A stretch of 64,000 bases of DNA from the human T2T-CHM13v2.0 reference genome, Homo sapiens. Numbering within the stretch: position 1 is the stretch's first letter; every line of letters starts with the position of its first letter. This document shows, piece by piece, positions 26,745 to 39,540 of the stretch. A program made the translations under genes and the position numbers. The notes beneath the pieces are model-generated. The model did no database searches and was not told where the DNA came from. It worked only from the letters and a program-made list of their open reading frames with translations. Where the stretch lies: NCBI RefSeq assembly GCF_009914755.1, contig NC_060943.1. One strand, given 5' to 3'.

Positions 26745-27168
26745 GAGTCTCAGCGTCGGCCGTGTGTCCTCGAGTACACATCAGGGTCTCAGCCTCGGCC
26801 ACGTGTGTCTGTGAGTACACAGCAGGGTCTCAGCCTCGGCCACGTGTGTCTGTAAGTACACGGCAGGGTCTCAGCCTCGGCCGCGTGTGTCTGTGAGTAC
26901 ACGGCAGGGTCTCAGCCTCGGCCGCGTGTGTCTGTGAGTACACTGCAGGGTCTCAGCCTCGGCCGCGTGTGTCTGTGAGTACACGGCAGGGTCTCAGCCT
27001 CGGCCGCGTGTGTCTGTGAGTACACTGCAGGGTCTCAGCCTCGGCCGCGTGTGTCTGTGAGTACACGGCAGGGTCTCAGCCTCGGCCGCGTGTGTCTGTG
27101 AGTACACGGCAGGGTCTCAGCCTCGGCCGTGTGTCCTCGAGTACACATCAGGGTCTCAGCCTCGGCCT
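26745..27168. repeat. 41-bp CpG-rich tandem repeat, about 10 copies
   Basis: CAGGGTCTCAGCCTCGGCCGCGTGTGTCTGTGAGTACACGG. Confidence 0.93.
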
Positions 27169-27332
27169 TGATCATCTATCCTTGTTATATAATAAGCTCA
27201 CATAAATTAGTAACAGGTCAAAACCCCGGCAGGAGGATGAGTGAGAACTTGGATGAGCAAGTTACAAATGGAAGAAATACGGTGGCCAAGATCTTAGGAA
27301 CACATATCCAGCCTTAAGAAATTCAAGTTAAG

Positions 27333-27565
27333 GGCGGGGCGCAGTGACTCAGGCCTGTAATCCCAGCACTTTGGGAGGCCGAGGCGGACGGATCACCTGA
27401 GGTCAGGAGTTCGAGACCAGCCTGGCCAACATGGTGAAACCCCGTCTCTACTAAAAATACAAAAATCAGCCGGGCGTGATGGTGCATGCCTGTAATCTCA
27501 GCTACTCGAGAGGCTGAGGGAGAAGAATCACTTGAACCCGGGAGGTGGAGGTTGCATTGAGCTGA
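27333..27565 (+). mobile_element. Alu, 3'-truncated
   Basis: Alu consensus ending after GTTGCATTGAGCTGAG. Confidence 0.88.
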
Positions 27566-27739
27566 GAGAGACAGAGAGACGTGCAGGGTTGACAAGGATG
27601 GGCTGGCGTGGGGGCAGGCCCCACACCCTCAGCCCTGCACGGGCGCAGCCCTCAGAAGGGAACTGGGCGGCAGGTACCTGCATCACAGATGCTCCGTCCT
27701 TGGGCCCAGGATCTTCACCCCCAGTCATCTGTCTTGTGG

Positions 27740-28277
27740 AGTGTGTCGCTATGAAGAGGTCCCTGAGGCTGGGTCGTTCATAACGAAGAGGGTTCATTTG
27801 CTCACGGTTCTGCGGGCCGTACAGGAAATGTGACACCGGCCTCTGGGCCGCTTCTGGGGAGGCCGGGGAGGTTTACCCATCAAGGAAGGTGAAGAGGGAG
27901 CTGGTGTGTCACGGGTGAGAGGGAGCAAGAGGGAAGGTGCCGCACTCCTAAATGGCTCTCAGGTGAGCAACAGGCAGGACGGGGGACGGTGCCGCACTCC
28001 TAAATGGCTCTCAGGTGAGCAACAGGCAGGACGGGGGATGGTGCCGCACTCCTAAACAGCTCTCAGGTGAGCGAGAGTTAGCAAGGGGGAAGGTGCCGCA
28101 ATCGTAAACAGCTCTCAGGTGAGCAAGAACTCAACTCACGTGTCACCAAGGGCATGGGCTAAGCCCTGCAGGCGGGATCTACCCCGTGAGCCAGCACCTC
28201 CCACCAGGCCTCACACCAACTCTGGGCGTCACATTTCCGCATGAGATTTGGAGGGACACATGTGTCCAAACATGTCA
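27740..28277 (-). mobile_element. MaLR MST-like LTR with an internal ~54-bp expansion
   Basis: CTGAGGCTGGGT...GCTCACGGTTCTGC...CATGAGATTTGGAGGG...CCAAACATGTCA. Confidence 0.7.
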
Positions 28278-28391
28278 CAGAGCACGTAGTCAGTGACGTT
28301 CACACATGAATATTCATCCCAGATTTACTCATGGTAATGAAACCCTCAACACGACAGCAGAGTTTGGGTGTGTTCCTAAGAGCGGGTGGTT

Positions 28392-28506
28392 TGCAGATGT
28401 TCACCTCATCCAAAAACATCCTCACAGACCTGCCCAGAATGATGTTTGACCAAACTTCTGGGGATCCTGCGGCCCAGTCGAGTTCACACAAAAAATTCAC
28501 CAACAC
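28392..28506 (-). mobile_element. MLT2 (ERVL) LTR fragment
   Basis: CTCATCCAAAAACATCCTCACAGAC...AATGATGTTTGACCAAA...GGCCCAGTC. Confidence 0.7.
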
Positions 28507-30381
28507 ACTCGGCATTCCGGGGAAGCTGGGGACGCGTGAGGGGCCACCAGGTGGCTGCAGAGACAGTGTCTGAGCTGTGAGGTCTATTTTCAGCCCAAAG
28601 AGTCGGCTTCTGGGGAACAGCCCAAGATGCCCTTGGAGGAGAGGCTGGGACGAGTCCCCCAGTCCCTCTGCAGCCCCAACCCCCAACCCAGCCCTTGACA
28701 AGCCCCTCCCCTCCAGACACAGGGCAATGCCCCTCTCCGTCTCTCTGTCTCTCTCTCTCTCCCCTCCCTCTTTCTCTGTCCTCCGTGTGTCTGCCTGTCC
28801 TCTGAGTCCACCACTGGCCTCTTGCACGTGCCCTGCCCGTGGCTCCTGCCCTCACGTCTCTGCTCGCTCCCGTATCCCCCATGAGCTGGTTCTGGGAGGC
28901 CGCGGTCTGGCTTGTGGGGACCCATCCATTTCTCTCCTGGGGCCTGAGCTGGGGTTGGGGTTCTAGAGCAGCGCAGGCCAAGACCCCACGGTAATGGGAG
29001 ACAGAGGTGGGTAGAGCGTGGCCTCCAAGACATGATTCTGAACAATGCAGACCCATGGCTGTAACAGATGCAGCCCATGTAGCCTGAGAGTAGGGTCACT
29101 GTACAACTACAGATGCCATCAACAAAACTCCGTGTAGCAACATCCTCCCACTCAGTCCTCGAGCAGCCCTGAAGGCACAGCCACCATTGCTCCCTGTCAC
29201 AGATGGGAACACCAAGACAGCCACCATTGCTCCCTGTCACAGATGGGAACACTGAGGCGAGTCCTCGAGCAGCCCTGAAGGTGCAGCCACCATTGCTCCC
29301 TGTCACAGATGGGAACGCGGAGGTGCAGGGACATCGGTGGCTCCCCAGGGCCCGGCTGTGAGCAGCTCTGATGTGGCAGCCCCTTCTCCCCAGCATTGGG
29401 GTGCGGTCAAGCCCGCGGACTGGGCAACCGGGCTCTGCTTCCTCCGCGCTTGCCAAGAGCCTCAGAAGGAGGCCGTTCCTCATCTGTGCACACGAGGGCT
29501 GGACACAGACACACAGCACACTGCGCCCACGCCATGGCCAGCCTGAGGCAGACATCAGCAGCCGAATGCTGAGGGCCACACTGTTTCCCTCTGAGCCCTG
29601 GCAAGGCCTCAGAACCCTTCTCAACCCTTAGCCAAGGCCAAGTGGTCTGAGAGGCCCAGGAGCTTCACTCTGTGGTCCTCAGGGTGCCATTAACCCGACC
29701 CCAGGGCCAGCGGCACCTCCAGGCCTGGCCCCCCGGCCCCCGCCCCGGCCCCCGCCCTGGCTGGCTCCCAGCCCACGCTGCTCCACTGCAGGCCCGGCCA
29801 GCAGCATCTGTTGCCATGGTACCTGCTGGGGTAGCAAGGCCCCCCCACCCACAGTGGGACATCACCACAGCAGCCGGTGAGATTTAAATGCAGGCAGCGG
29901 ATTAGATCTGAGCGTTGTGTGGATGTGGAATTTCCCGATGTTGACAACAGCCCCAGGGTTATAAAAGAGAATCCTGGTTTTTAGAAAAGATACGCTGATA
30001 TGTTTAGGAGGAAGTGGGCATTGCACCTCCAGCATAGTCTTCAATGGTTCTGAAAATGTGTATAAATATGAATATTGTACCATATGTAGATAACAGGTGG
30101 CTGTAGATACAGATAGAGGTACAGACACCGAAGATGACACAGCAAATGGGGAAAATCCAGCCCGCTGGTGACTCTGGGTAGAGTCAGGGGGAGTTCCTGC
30201 TGTATGACAAGTAATCTTGCCACTTTCCTGTAAGGTCAAAATGATATCAAAACTAAAAGATGTGAAAACAATATTCAAAGCATAGAGTCTTGGGCCAGCC
30301 CCCCACCTTACCTCCTACAGAGACCCCAACTCTGCAGGTCTAGATGAGCTCAGACTTTGATTTAATCAGCATCAAGGAGAG

Positions 30382-30808
30382 TATGATGGGTTGAGTTGTG
30401 TCTCCCCCCAAAACACGGTCCATCCCTGGAACCCATGAGTAGGACCTTATTTGGAAATAAGGTCTTTGCAGATGTGATGAGTTCAGATGAGGTCACCCTG
30501 GAGTCCGGAGGACCCTCAATCTGATGACCGGCGTCTCTCTAAGATGAGGAGTGGGCTCACAACACTCTCAGGGGCAACGGCCGTGCAAGGACAGAGGCAG
30601 AGACTGGACTGAGGCATCTACAGGCCGAGGGCCACCGGCCACCACCACCAGCTGGAGAAGGACACAGACGCAGTCTCCCTCTGAGCCTCTGGAAGAAGCC
30701 AGCCCTGCCGACACCTGGATGGCAAAGCTCTGGCCTCCAGAACCGGGAGGACACATCTCTGCTGTGGGAACACCCAGGCCATGTGCCTTTGCTACGGCAG
30801 CCCCAGGT
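30382..30808 (+). mobile_element. MaLR MLT1 LTR
   Basis: GACCTTATTTGGAAATAAGGTCTTTGCAGATGT...CCCTGCCGACACC...TGGCCTCCAGAAC. Confidence 0.8.
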
Positions 30809-32299
30809 GGCAGCTGCTCAGTCCGCGAGGAGGGGCAGCACTGGCCACGTCCAAAAGCTTCCGGAAGAGCGGGCAGGGTCCTGCACAGCTGTTCATTCAC
30901 CCGCGAGTACGTCAAGCATACATTGGGCACCGACTGTGTGCCACGCCCGTCCCGGCAGAGGCCCTGGGGACCCAGCTGTGAACAAAATCGGCAAAATCCC
31001 TGCCCTCCTGGAGGTGGCGTCTTAGTGGGGAAGACAGGCAAGAAACACGATTGGTGAATTGCCGGGAGAACGCGGCAGGGAGGAGATGGTAGAGTCGTGG
31101 GGAAGGCAGGAAGGTAGGGAGGTCGGAGAGGCCTTCCCAGGAAGGGGACTTTGGACAAAGACAGAAGTGAAGGAGGTGAGGAAGGGACTGGGAGGTGATC
31201 AGGGGAGAGTGCACCAGGAGGAAAAGCCTGGAGGTGGGATGGGGCCAGAGCCTGCAGGGACAGCGGGGAGATACCAATACACAATGGGGTGAGTGGGGCT
31301 GGGGAGGAGGGCATCGGCGTGGTCCCCATTCCGTGGGGCCCGTGGCTCTACAGGAACAGCCGTCCCTGAGTTTGGATAGACGTCTATGCAGCCCTGTGCC
31401 AGGCAGGCACCTCCCTCTCTGCAGCAGCTCTCTCTGGGCCTGCAGGCTCCTCAGAACACGCATGCCTCGAAGGTCTTCCCTGGCCTTAGGGGTGGAGTGT
31501 GTGAGGGTCTCCACGTGAGGGACCACGTGGGCAGGCAGTGCCGGCAGCCCTGCCCCATGTGCTGGTGTAATCTGAGGTTTGCTCTCCCGTCGCCCACCCT
31601 CATTATTGTGCAATTAAACACTTGAGGCAGAGGATGACGAGGTTAAAAATAGCCCTTCCTTTCAGCCAGAGAGAGCCCGTGAGTGTGAGTGGGTGTGAGG
31701 AGGGCCTGGGGGCCGTGGAGGTGGTGTCTGCAGCTGCCTGTGAAGGTGGGAAGAGGCCCCAGGCCCCCATCCTGTTGATTTCTCAGAAAAACATCTGAGC
31801 ACCTTGGCCATCACACACATTTATTCCGCTAAAACTTGAACACTTGCTGTGTGTCAAGCACGGTTCTGGGCCTGGGAAGAGGCTGGGAGGTGGTCCTGGC
31901 CCCCACAGAGTGCTGAGAAGAAAGCAAAGGAGAGTTGGGGGAGGATGGAGGCAGGGAAGGCCACTGAGGTGAAGGCCGTGAGGGTGTCTAGGAAGAGCAC
32001 AGCATGAGCAAAGACTCTGAGACCAACGTGCCTGCTGTGCAGATGGAACCAAAAGCAGGCCCATGTGGCTGCAGCAGACTGAGTAAGGGAGAGAAAGGGA
32101 GGAGGTGAGAGCAAGGAGGTGGCCAGGCAGGTCATTCAGGGCCTGGTGGGAATGGGAAGGAGTTGGGTTTTTACCGTGACAGAGATGGGAGAGACGGAGG
32201 TCAGTGTACAGAGTCAGCAGGTGGCAGGCCTGGTGCTCACAGTCCAGAGACCAGGGATGAGGCAACAGAGCTGGTCTAGGGACAAACAATGGAACAGAT

Positions 32300-34820
32300 G
32301 ATAAGGAAGGATGGTGGGGGTGTGTGATGATGGGGAAGGATGACGGTGAAGGATGATAGGAAAGGATGGTGGGAAAGGATGATGGAGAAGGATGGTGGGG
32401 ATAGGTGGTGATGGGGAAGGATGATGGAGAAGGATGATGGGAAGGATGATGGAGAAGGATGGTGGGAAGGATGATGGGGAAGGATGATGGGAAGGTTGAT
32501 GGGAAGGATGATGGGAAGGATGATGGGAAGGATGATGGGAAGGATGATGGAGAAGGATGATGGGAAGGATGGTGGGGATAGGTGGTGATGGGGAAGGATG
32601 ATGGAGAAGGATGATGGGAAGGATGATGGAGAAGGATGATGGGAAGGATGATGGAGAAGGATGATGGGAAGGATGATGGAAAAGGATGATGGGAAGGATG
32701 ATGGAGAAGGATGATGGAGAAGGATGGTGGGGATAGGTGGTGATGGGGAAGGATGATGGGGAAGGATGATGGAGAAGGATGATGGGAAGGATGATGGAGA
32801 AGGATGATGGGAAGGTTCATGGGAAGGATGATGGGAAGGATGATGGGAAGGATGACGGGAAGGATGATGGGGAAGGATGATGGGGAAGGATGATGGGGAA
32901 GGATGATGGGAAGGTTCATGGGAAGGATGATGGGAAGGATGATGGGAAGGATGACGGGAAGGATGATGGGGAAGGATGATGGGGAAGGATGATGGGAAGG
33001 ATGATGGGAAGGATGATGGGAAGGGTGATGGAGAAGGGTGATGGGAAGGATGATGGGGAAGGTTGATGGGAAGGATGATGGGAAGGATGATGGGGAAGGA
33101 TGATGGGAAGGTGATGGAGAAGGATGATGGGAAAGGTGATGGTGAAAGATGACAGGATGGGTGATGGGAAGGATGATAATGAGAAGGATAATGAGAAGGA
33201 CAATGGGGAAAGATGATGGGGAAGGATGACTGGAAAGACAATGGGAGAGATGGGGAAGGAGGATGGGAAGAATGACAGGGAAGGATGATGGGAGGATGAC
33301 TGGAGAGGATTTAACAGAAGAGAGGATGGAGAAGGAAGATGGGAAGGATGATGGGGAAGGATGATGGAGAAGGATGATGGGGAAGGATGATGGGAAGGAT
33401 GATGGAGAAGGATGAAGGGAAGGATGATGGAGAAGGATGATGGGGAAAGATGATGGGAAGGATGATGAGGAAAGATGATGGGAAGGATGATGGGGAAAGA
33501 TGATGGGAAGGATGATGGGGAAAGATGATGGGAAGGATGATGGAGAAGGATGGGAAGGATGATGGAGAAGGATGATGGGGAAAGATGATGGGAAGGATGA
33601 TGGGGAAAGATGATGGGAAGGATGATGGGGAAAGATGATGGGAAGGATGATGGAGAAGGATGGGAAGGATGATGGAGAAGGATGATGGGGAAAGATGATG
33701 GGAAGGATGATGGGGAAAGATGATGGGAAGGATGATGGGGAAGGATGATTGAGAAGGATGATGGGAAGGATGGGAAGGATGATGGAGAAGGATGACGGAG
33801 AAGGATGATGGGGAAAGATAATGGGAAGGATGATGGGGAAAGATGATGGGAAGGATGATGGGGAAGGATGATGGAGAAGGATGATGGGAGGGATGATGGA
33901 GAAGGATGATGGGAAGGATGATGGGAAGGATGATGGGGAAAGATGATGGGAAGGATGATGGGGAAAGATGATGGGAAGGATGATGGAGAAGGATGATGGG
34001 GAAGGTTGATGGGAAGGATGATGGGAAGGATAATGGGAAAGATGATGGGGAAGGATGATGGGGAAGGATGATGGGAAGGATGATGGAGAAGGATGATGGG
34101 GAAGGTTGATGGGAAGGATGATGGGAAGGATAATGGGAAAGATGATGGGGAAGGATGATGGGGAAGGATGATGGGAAGGATGATGGAGAAGGATGATGGG
34201 GAAGGTTGATGGGAAGGATGATGGGAAGGATAATGGGAAAGATGATGGGGAAGGATGATGGGGAAGGATGATGGGAAGGATGATGGGAAGGATGATGGGG
34301 AAGGATGATGGAGGATGATGGAGAAGGGTGATGGGGAAGGATGATGGGAAGAATTATGGAGAAGGACGATGGGAAGGATGATGGGAAGGATGATGGGGAA
34401 GGATGATGGGAAGGATGATGGGGAAGGTTGATGGGAAGGTTGATGGGAAGGATGATGGGAAGGATGATGGGAAGGATAATGGAGGATGATGGAGAAGGGT
34501 GATGGAGAAGGACGATGGGAAGGATGAATGGAGAAGGACGATGGGAAGGATGAATAGAGAAGGACGATGGGAAGGATGAATGGAGAAGGATGATGGGAAG
34601 GATGAATGGAGAAGGATGATGTGAAGGATGAATGGAGAAGGACGACAGGAAGGATGAATGGAGAAGGACGATGGGAAGGATGATGGGAAGGACAATGGGA
34701 AGGATGATGGGAAGGATGAATGGAGAAGTATGATGGGAAGGATGAATGGAGAAGGACGATGGGAAGGATGAATGGAGAAGGTTGATGGGAAGGACGACGG
34801 GAAGGATGAATGGAATGGGT
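32300..34820. repeat. 2.5-kb purine-rich low-complexity repeat, (GGAAGGATGATG)n-like
   Basis: 12-13-bp units; plus strand almost devoid of C. Confidence 0.96.
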
Positions 34821-34871
34821 GATTGGGCACCAAGTGAGAGCATTCGGTGACACCTTTTTTTTTTTTTTTGA

Positions 34872-35170
<299 letters not shown>

Positions 35171-35286
35171 TTAAGTAATATTAACCGCTTTAACACGACC
35201 AATTCAGGGTCTTTTAGTGCCTTCGCAATGTTGTGCAACTATAACTTCTATTAAGCTCCAAAACATTTTTTTAAAATAAATTGTCG

Positions 35287-35596
35287 GGCCGGGCATGGTG
35301 GCTCACGCCTGTAATCCCAGCACTTTGGGAGGCCGAGGCGGGCGGATCACGAGGTCAGGAGATCGAGACCATCCTGGCTAACACAGTGAAACCCCGTCTC
35401 TACTAAAAATACAAAAAAAAATTAGCCAGGCGTGGTGGCAGGCGCCTGCAGTACCAGCTACTGGGGAGGCTGAGGCAGGAGAATGGTGTGAACCCGGGAG
35501 CGGAGCTTGCAGTGAGCCAAGATCGTGCCACTGCACTCCAGCCTGGGGGACAGAGCGAGACTCCGTCTCAATAAATAAATAAATAAATAAATAAAT
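35287..35596 (+). mobile_element. AluY with (TAAA)n tail
   Basis: Sense Alu dimer. Confidence 0.92.
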
Positions 35597-37264
35597 AGTC
35601 AGTGTCTTGCTTTTTGGCCCAGGCTGGAGTACAGTGGCATATTCACAGCTCACTGCAGCCTCCAATTCCTGGGCTCAAGGGATCCTCCTGCCTCAGCCTC
35701 TCACGTTGCTAGGATTGTAGGTACAAGCCACCATGTGTAGCTCCCCAAACCATTCTTCTTATCTCAGAAAGAAATCCTCTGGATTTAGCTATATTTGACA
35801 TTTCATGTAAATATAAGCAGACAATATGCGTCCTTTTGGCCTGAGTTTTTTCACTGAGTGTCATGTTTCAAGGCCGTGCTCCATTTTTTTTGTGATTGAC
35901 TACTATTCCAGCCTACGAATATGCCGCACGGTGGTTCATCTCTCTCTGCCGATGGACATTTGGGCTGTTTCTACGTTTCGAATGATGTAAACGAGCTGTG
36001 TGTCTTCTTCAATAAATGCCCATTGAAGTCTTTTGCCTATTTTTTAATGGGGTTGTTGGTCATTTTGTTGCTGAGTTGTATGCATAGTTTATGTGTTCTG
36101 GATACTTGATCCTGATGAGCTCAGTGAACATTTATAAACAAACTGACCATAGCAGCCCCCACTCCAATGAAAACGCCACCTGTGACGGCCCCCAGAGGCC
36201 CCTCGTCCCTCCTGGTCCCTGCCCCGGGGGCCCCATCCTGACTTCCATTGCTGGCAGCGGGTAGGTTCATGTCGGCTGCTCTTGAATTCCTCCTGCCTGG
36301 GCTGCCCCGCGTGATCCACTGAGTGTGGCAGAGACGTGTCGTGCTGCTGCCTTCAGCAGCTCCACCTGCTTGCTGAGAAGGTTCCCGGTGCGTTTGGAAG
36401 GCAGAGGCTCCTGGGCTTGCAGGTAGGTGAACGCGCTGACAGAGAGGACTCGGCCGGCGCACCCCCTCACCCCCGTCCACCATCCTGAACACCTAGTCCT
36501 CACACATCCTGGAAGATTTGCAGCCTCAGTCTCTTCCAAATGTGTCTTACTCCTCTCTGCTCACCCTGGTGCCAGGCATCCGCCTTTGCCCATCCAGACC
36601 CAGCACCAGTGCCCTGCCCTCCCCTTGGCTTCTGTGCTGCCCGGCCATGCCCCTTCCTTCCAGACAGTTCAGGTCATCCTAAAACGTTCATCCAAGCCCT
36701 TTGCCCACAGGATAAAGTCCACACTCCTCTTACAGTCCTGTGACCCACAGGCCTCCTTGGAATTTTGGGGCTGAGTCCTTTCTGCTCTGGGGCTTCACAA
36801 CCCTTTTGTCCTCTGGCCTCCTCTTCCAGGAAGTCCTCCAAGGGCAAGCCTTGCAGGACTCAGACTAGGCACCCACCCCAATGCTTGTCGATGAGAAAGC
36901 CTCAGTCAGGAAGGAACTCGGGCAGACCAGGGATGGTGCCCCTGCTCCATGACATCTGGGAGTCTGCTCTAAGACCAGGAGGCTGGGGCCCACCTGGGCT
37001 GCCAGCTGCACCTGCCTCCCTGGGCCACCTCCTTTTCATGGCCTGGGTTTGGAAGCTACCCACTGCCACTTTGTATTGCGCGGAGCAGTCTGGAGGGGAC
37101 AGGCCCAGTGGCCACTGCTCCATGGGGAGAGTCTCAGCTCTGGAGAGCGCAGGGCCGGGAACATCATGTCAGGGACACCCTGGAGCTGTGGTATCCCCGA
37201 CACGAGCATAAGGCACAGCAGCACTCAGTCCACATTTGCCAAAGGAAAGGGGAACAGCCAACAC

Positions 37265-37432
37265 GCATGACCCCTCACCGCGTGCAGACGACGCGTGACC
37301 CCTCACCGCGTGCAGACGACACGTGTGACCCTCACCGCGTGCAGACGACACGTGTGACCCTCACCGCGTGCAGACGACACGTGAGACCCTCACCGCGTGC
37401 AGACGACACGTGAGACCCCTCACCATGTGCAG
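37265..37432. repeat. About 29-bp CpG-rich tandem repeat, about 6 copies
   Basis: TGACCCTCACCGCGTGCAGACGACACGTG. Confidence 0.9.
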
Positions 37433-37554
37433 TCACCTTGCTAGGCAGCTTATGTGCCTTCTCTCGTTTCATCCTCAGGTTTGGGAAAATTATCCAGAAC
37501 TTGGAAAGGGGTAAAAACATCACTGCCTGCTCTTTGGATCCTGGACCCTCGGCA

Positions 37555-37725
37555 CGGTGGGCCTCAGAGCTGATCATTCCCTGGGGTGGGGCCGTCCTGG
37601 GCACTGCTGGGTGCTGAGCAGTGTCCCTGGCCTCCGCCCACTCCACACCAGGAGCTCCCCTAGTCGTGACAACCACAGAAGCCCCAGACGTTGCCCCGTG
37701 TCCCCGAGGGGCCGAATCACCCAGA
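37555..37725 (+). mobile_element. MER20 (hAT) DNA transposon, GC-shifted
   Basis: GTCCTGGGCACTG...CCCTGGCCTC...GTGACAACCA...CAGACGTTGCC...TGTCCCC. Confidence 0.7.
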
Positions 37726-38449
37726 GGATCAGTTGTATTCCAGAGCCTCGACCAGCCCGGCCACCCGGGGGTCACTTTGTGGACGCTTCCCTCCACTCTT
37801 GCCAGTGTCCTGGCTCTGGGGTTGGACGCTGCTTGGGATTGACAAATGCGGATGAGTTTTGTCCCTGAGCGGCAGGTGCCTCCTTCCTCCTGCTGCGTAT
37901 AAAACTCAGTCCAGTCCTGCCGTTCCTTAGTAAACACTCGGACGCACCTTTGACCTACAGTGGCCCGTGGTCTGAATGAGGTTTATGCGTGAGTGCTTTG
38001 AAAGCTCAATGTTGCCATCACCTGAAGCCTAGAGGGCAGTGTGCACTGGGCACCTCACTTACACAGGAGGAAACTGAGGCTCAGAGAGGGGGAGGGGCTG
38101 GCAGTGTGGGAGCTGCAGTCCTTGATCTGAGCTGTCCCCGTGACTTTGGGAGATGAGGAAGGAGCATTCTGTGGCTTGGCTGGGGGAGCCCAGGTGGGAG
38201 GGGAGGGTGGGGACACAGTGGCTGGTGGGCGGGGGGGTGCCTCTGAGCCGCCTGGGCCACAGGCAAAGGGGTTAGGGAGGTGAGAGGGGAGCTTGGGGGC
38301 AAGGGTCATGTGTCTCCACGGCCGGGCAGGTGCACACTCCCAGGGAGGCCACGAGGACTCTGTGGCCCGGGGATTGGAGTGAACCACGCTGAAAGGTCAG
38401 AGGGCAGTGTCCCAACAACAGTGCCCCCGTTCCAGCCCCAACGGCAGCC

Positions 38450-39540
38450 CAGGGGTTCCCAGGCCCACCCTCACTCTTGCAGGGGTCCCCAGGCCCACCC
38501 TCACTCTTCCAGGGTTCCCAGGCCCACCCTCACTCTTCCAGGGTTCCCAGGCCCACTCTCACTCTTCCAGGGTTCCCAGGCCCACCCTCACTCTTCCAGG
38601 GGTCCCCAGGCCCACCCTCACTCTTCCAGGGGTTCCCAGGCCCACCCTCACTCTTGCAGGGGTTCCCAGGCCCACCCTCACTCTTCCAGGGGTCCCCAGG
38701 CCCACCCTCACTCTTCCAGGGGTCCCCAGGCCCACCCTCACTCTTCCAGGGGTCCCCAGGCCCACCCTCACTCTTCCAGGGTTCCCAGGCCCACCCTCAC
38801 TCTTCCAGGGTTCCCAGGCCCACCCTCACTCTTCCAGGGTTCCCAGGCCCACCCTCACTCTTCCAGGGTTCCCAGGCCCACCCTCACTCTTCCAGGGTTC
38901 CCAGGCCCACTCTCACTCTTCCAGGGTTCCCAGGCCCACCCTCACTCTTCCAGGGGTCCCCAGGCCCACCCTCACTCTTCCAGGGGTTCCCAGGCCCACC
39001 CTCACTCTTGCAGGGGTTCCCAGGCCCACCCTCACTCTTCCAGGGGTCCCCAGGCCCACCCTCACTCTTCCAGGGGTCCCCAGGCCCACCCTCACTCTTC
39101 CAGGGGTCCCCAGGCCCACCCTCACTCTTCCAGGGTTCCCAGGCCCACCCTCACTCTTCCAGGGTTCCCAGGCCCACCCTCACTCTTCCAGGGTTCCCAG
39201 GCCCACCCTCACTCTTGCAGGGGTTCCCAGGCCCACCCTCACTCTTGCAGGGGTTCCCAGGCCCACCCTCACTCTTCCAGGGTTCCCAGGCCCACCCTCA
39301 CTCTTCCAGGGGTCCCCAGGCCCACCCTCACTCTTCCAGGGGTCCCCAGGCCCACCCTCACTCTTCCAGCGGTTCCCAGGCCCACCCTCACTCTTCCAGG
39401 GTTCCCAGGCCCACCCTCACTCTTCCAGGGTTCCCAGGCCCACCCTCACTCTTCCAGGGGTCCCCAGGCCCACCCTCACTCTTCCAGGGGTTCCCAGGCT
39501 CACCCTCACTCTTCCAGGGGTTCCCAGGCTCACCCTCACG
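38450..39540. repeat. 29/30-bp VNTR, about 37 copies
   Basis: CAGGCCCACCCTCACTCTTCCAGGG(G)TTCC. Confidence 0.96.

Noticed and set aside
38450-39540. NF-kB site array
   Set aside because: GGGAACCCCT misses the consensus 3' CC; unsupported without ChIP data.
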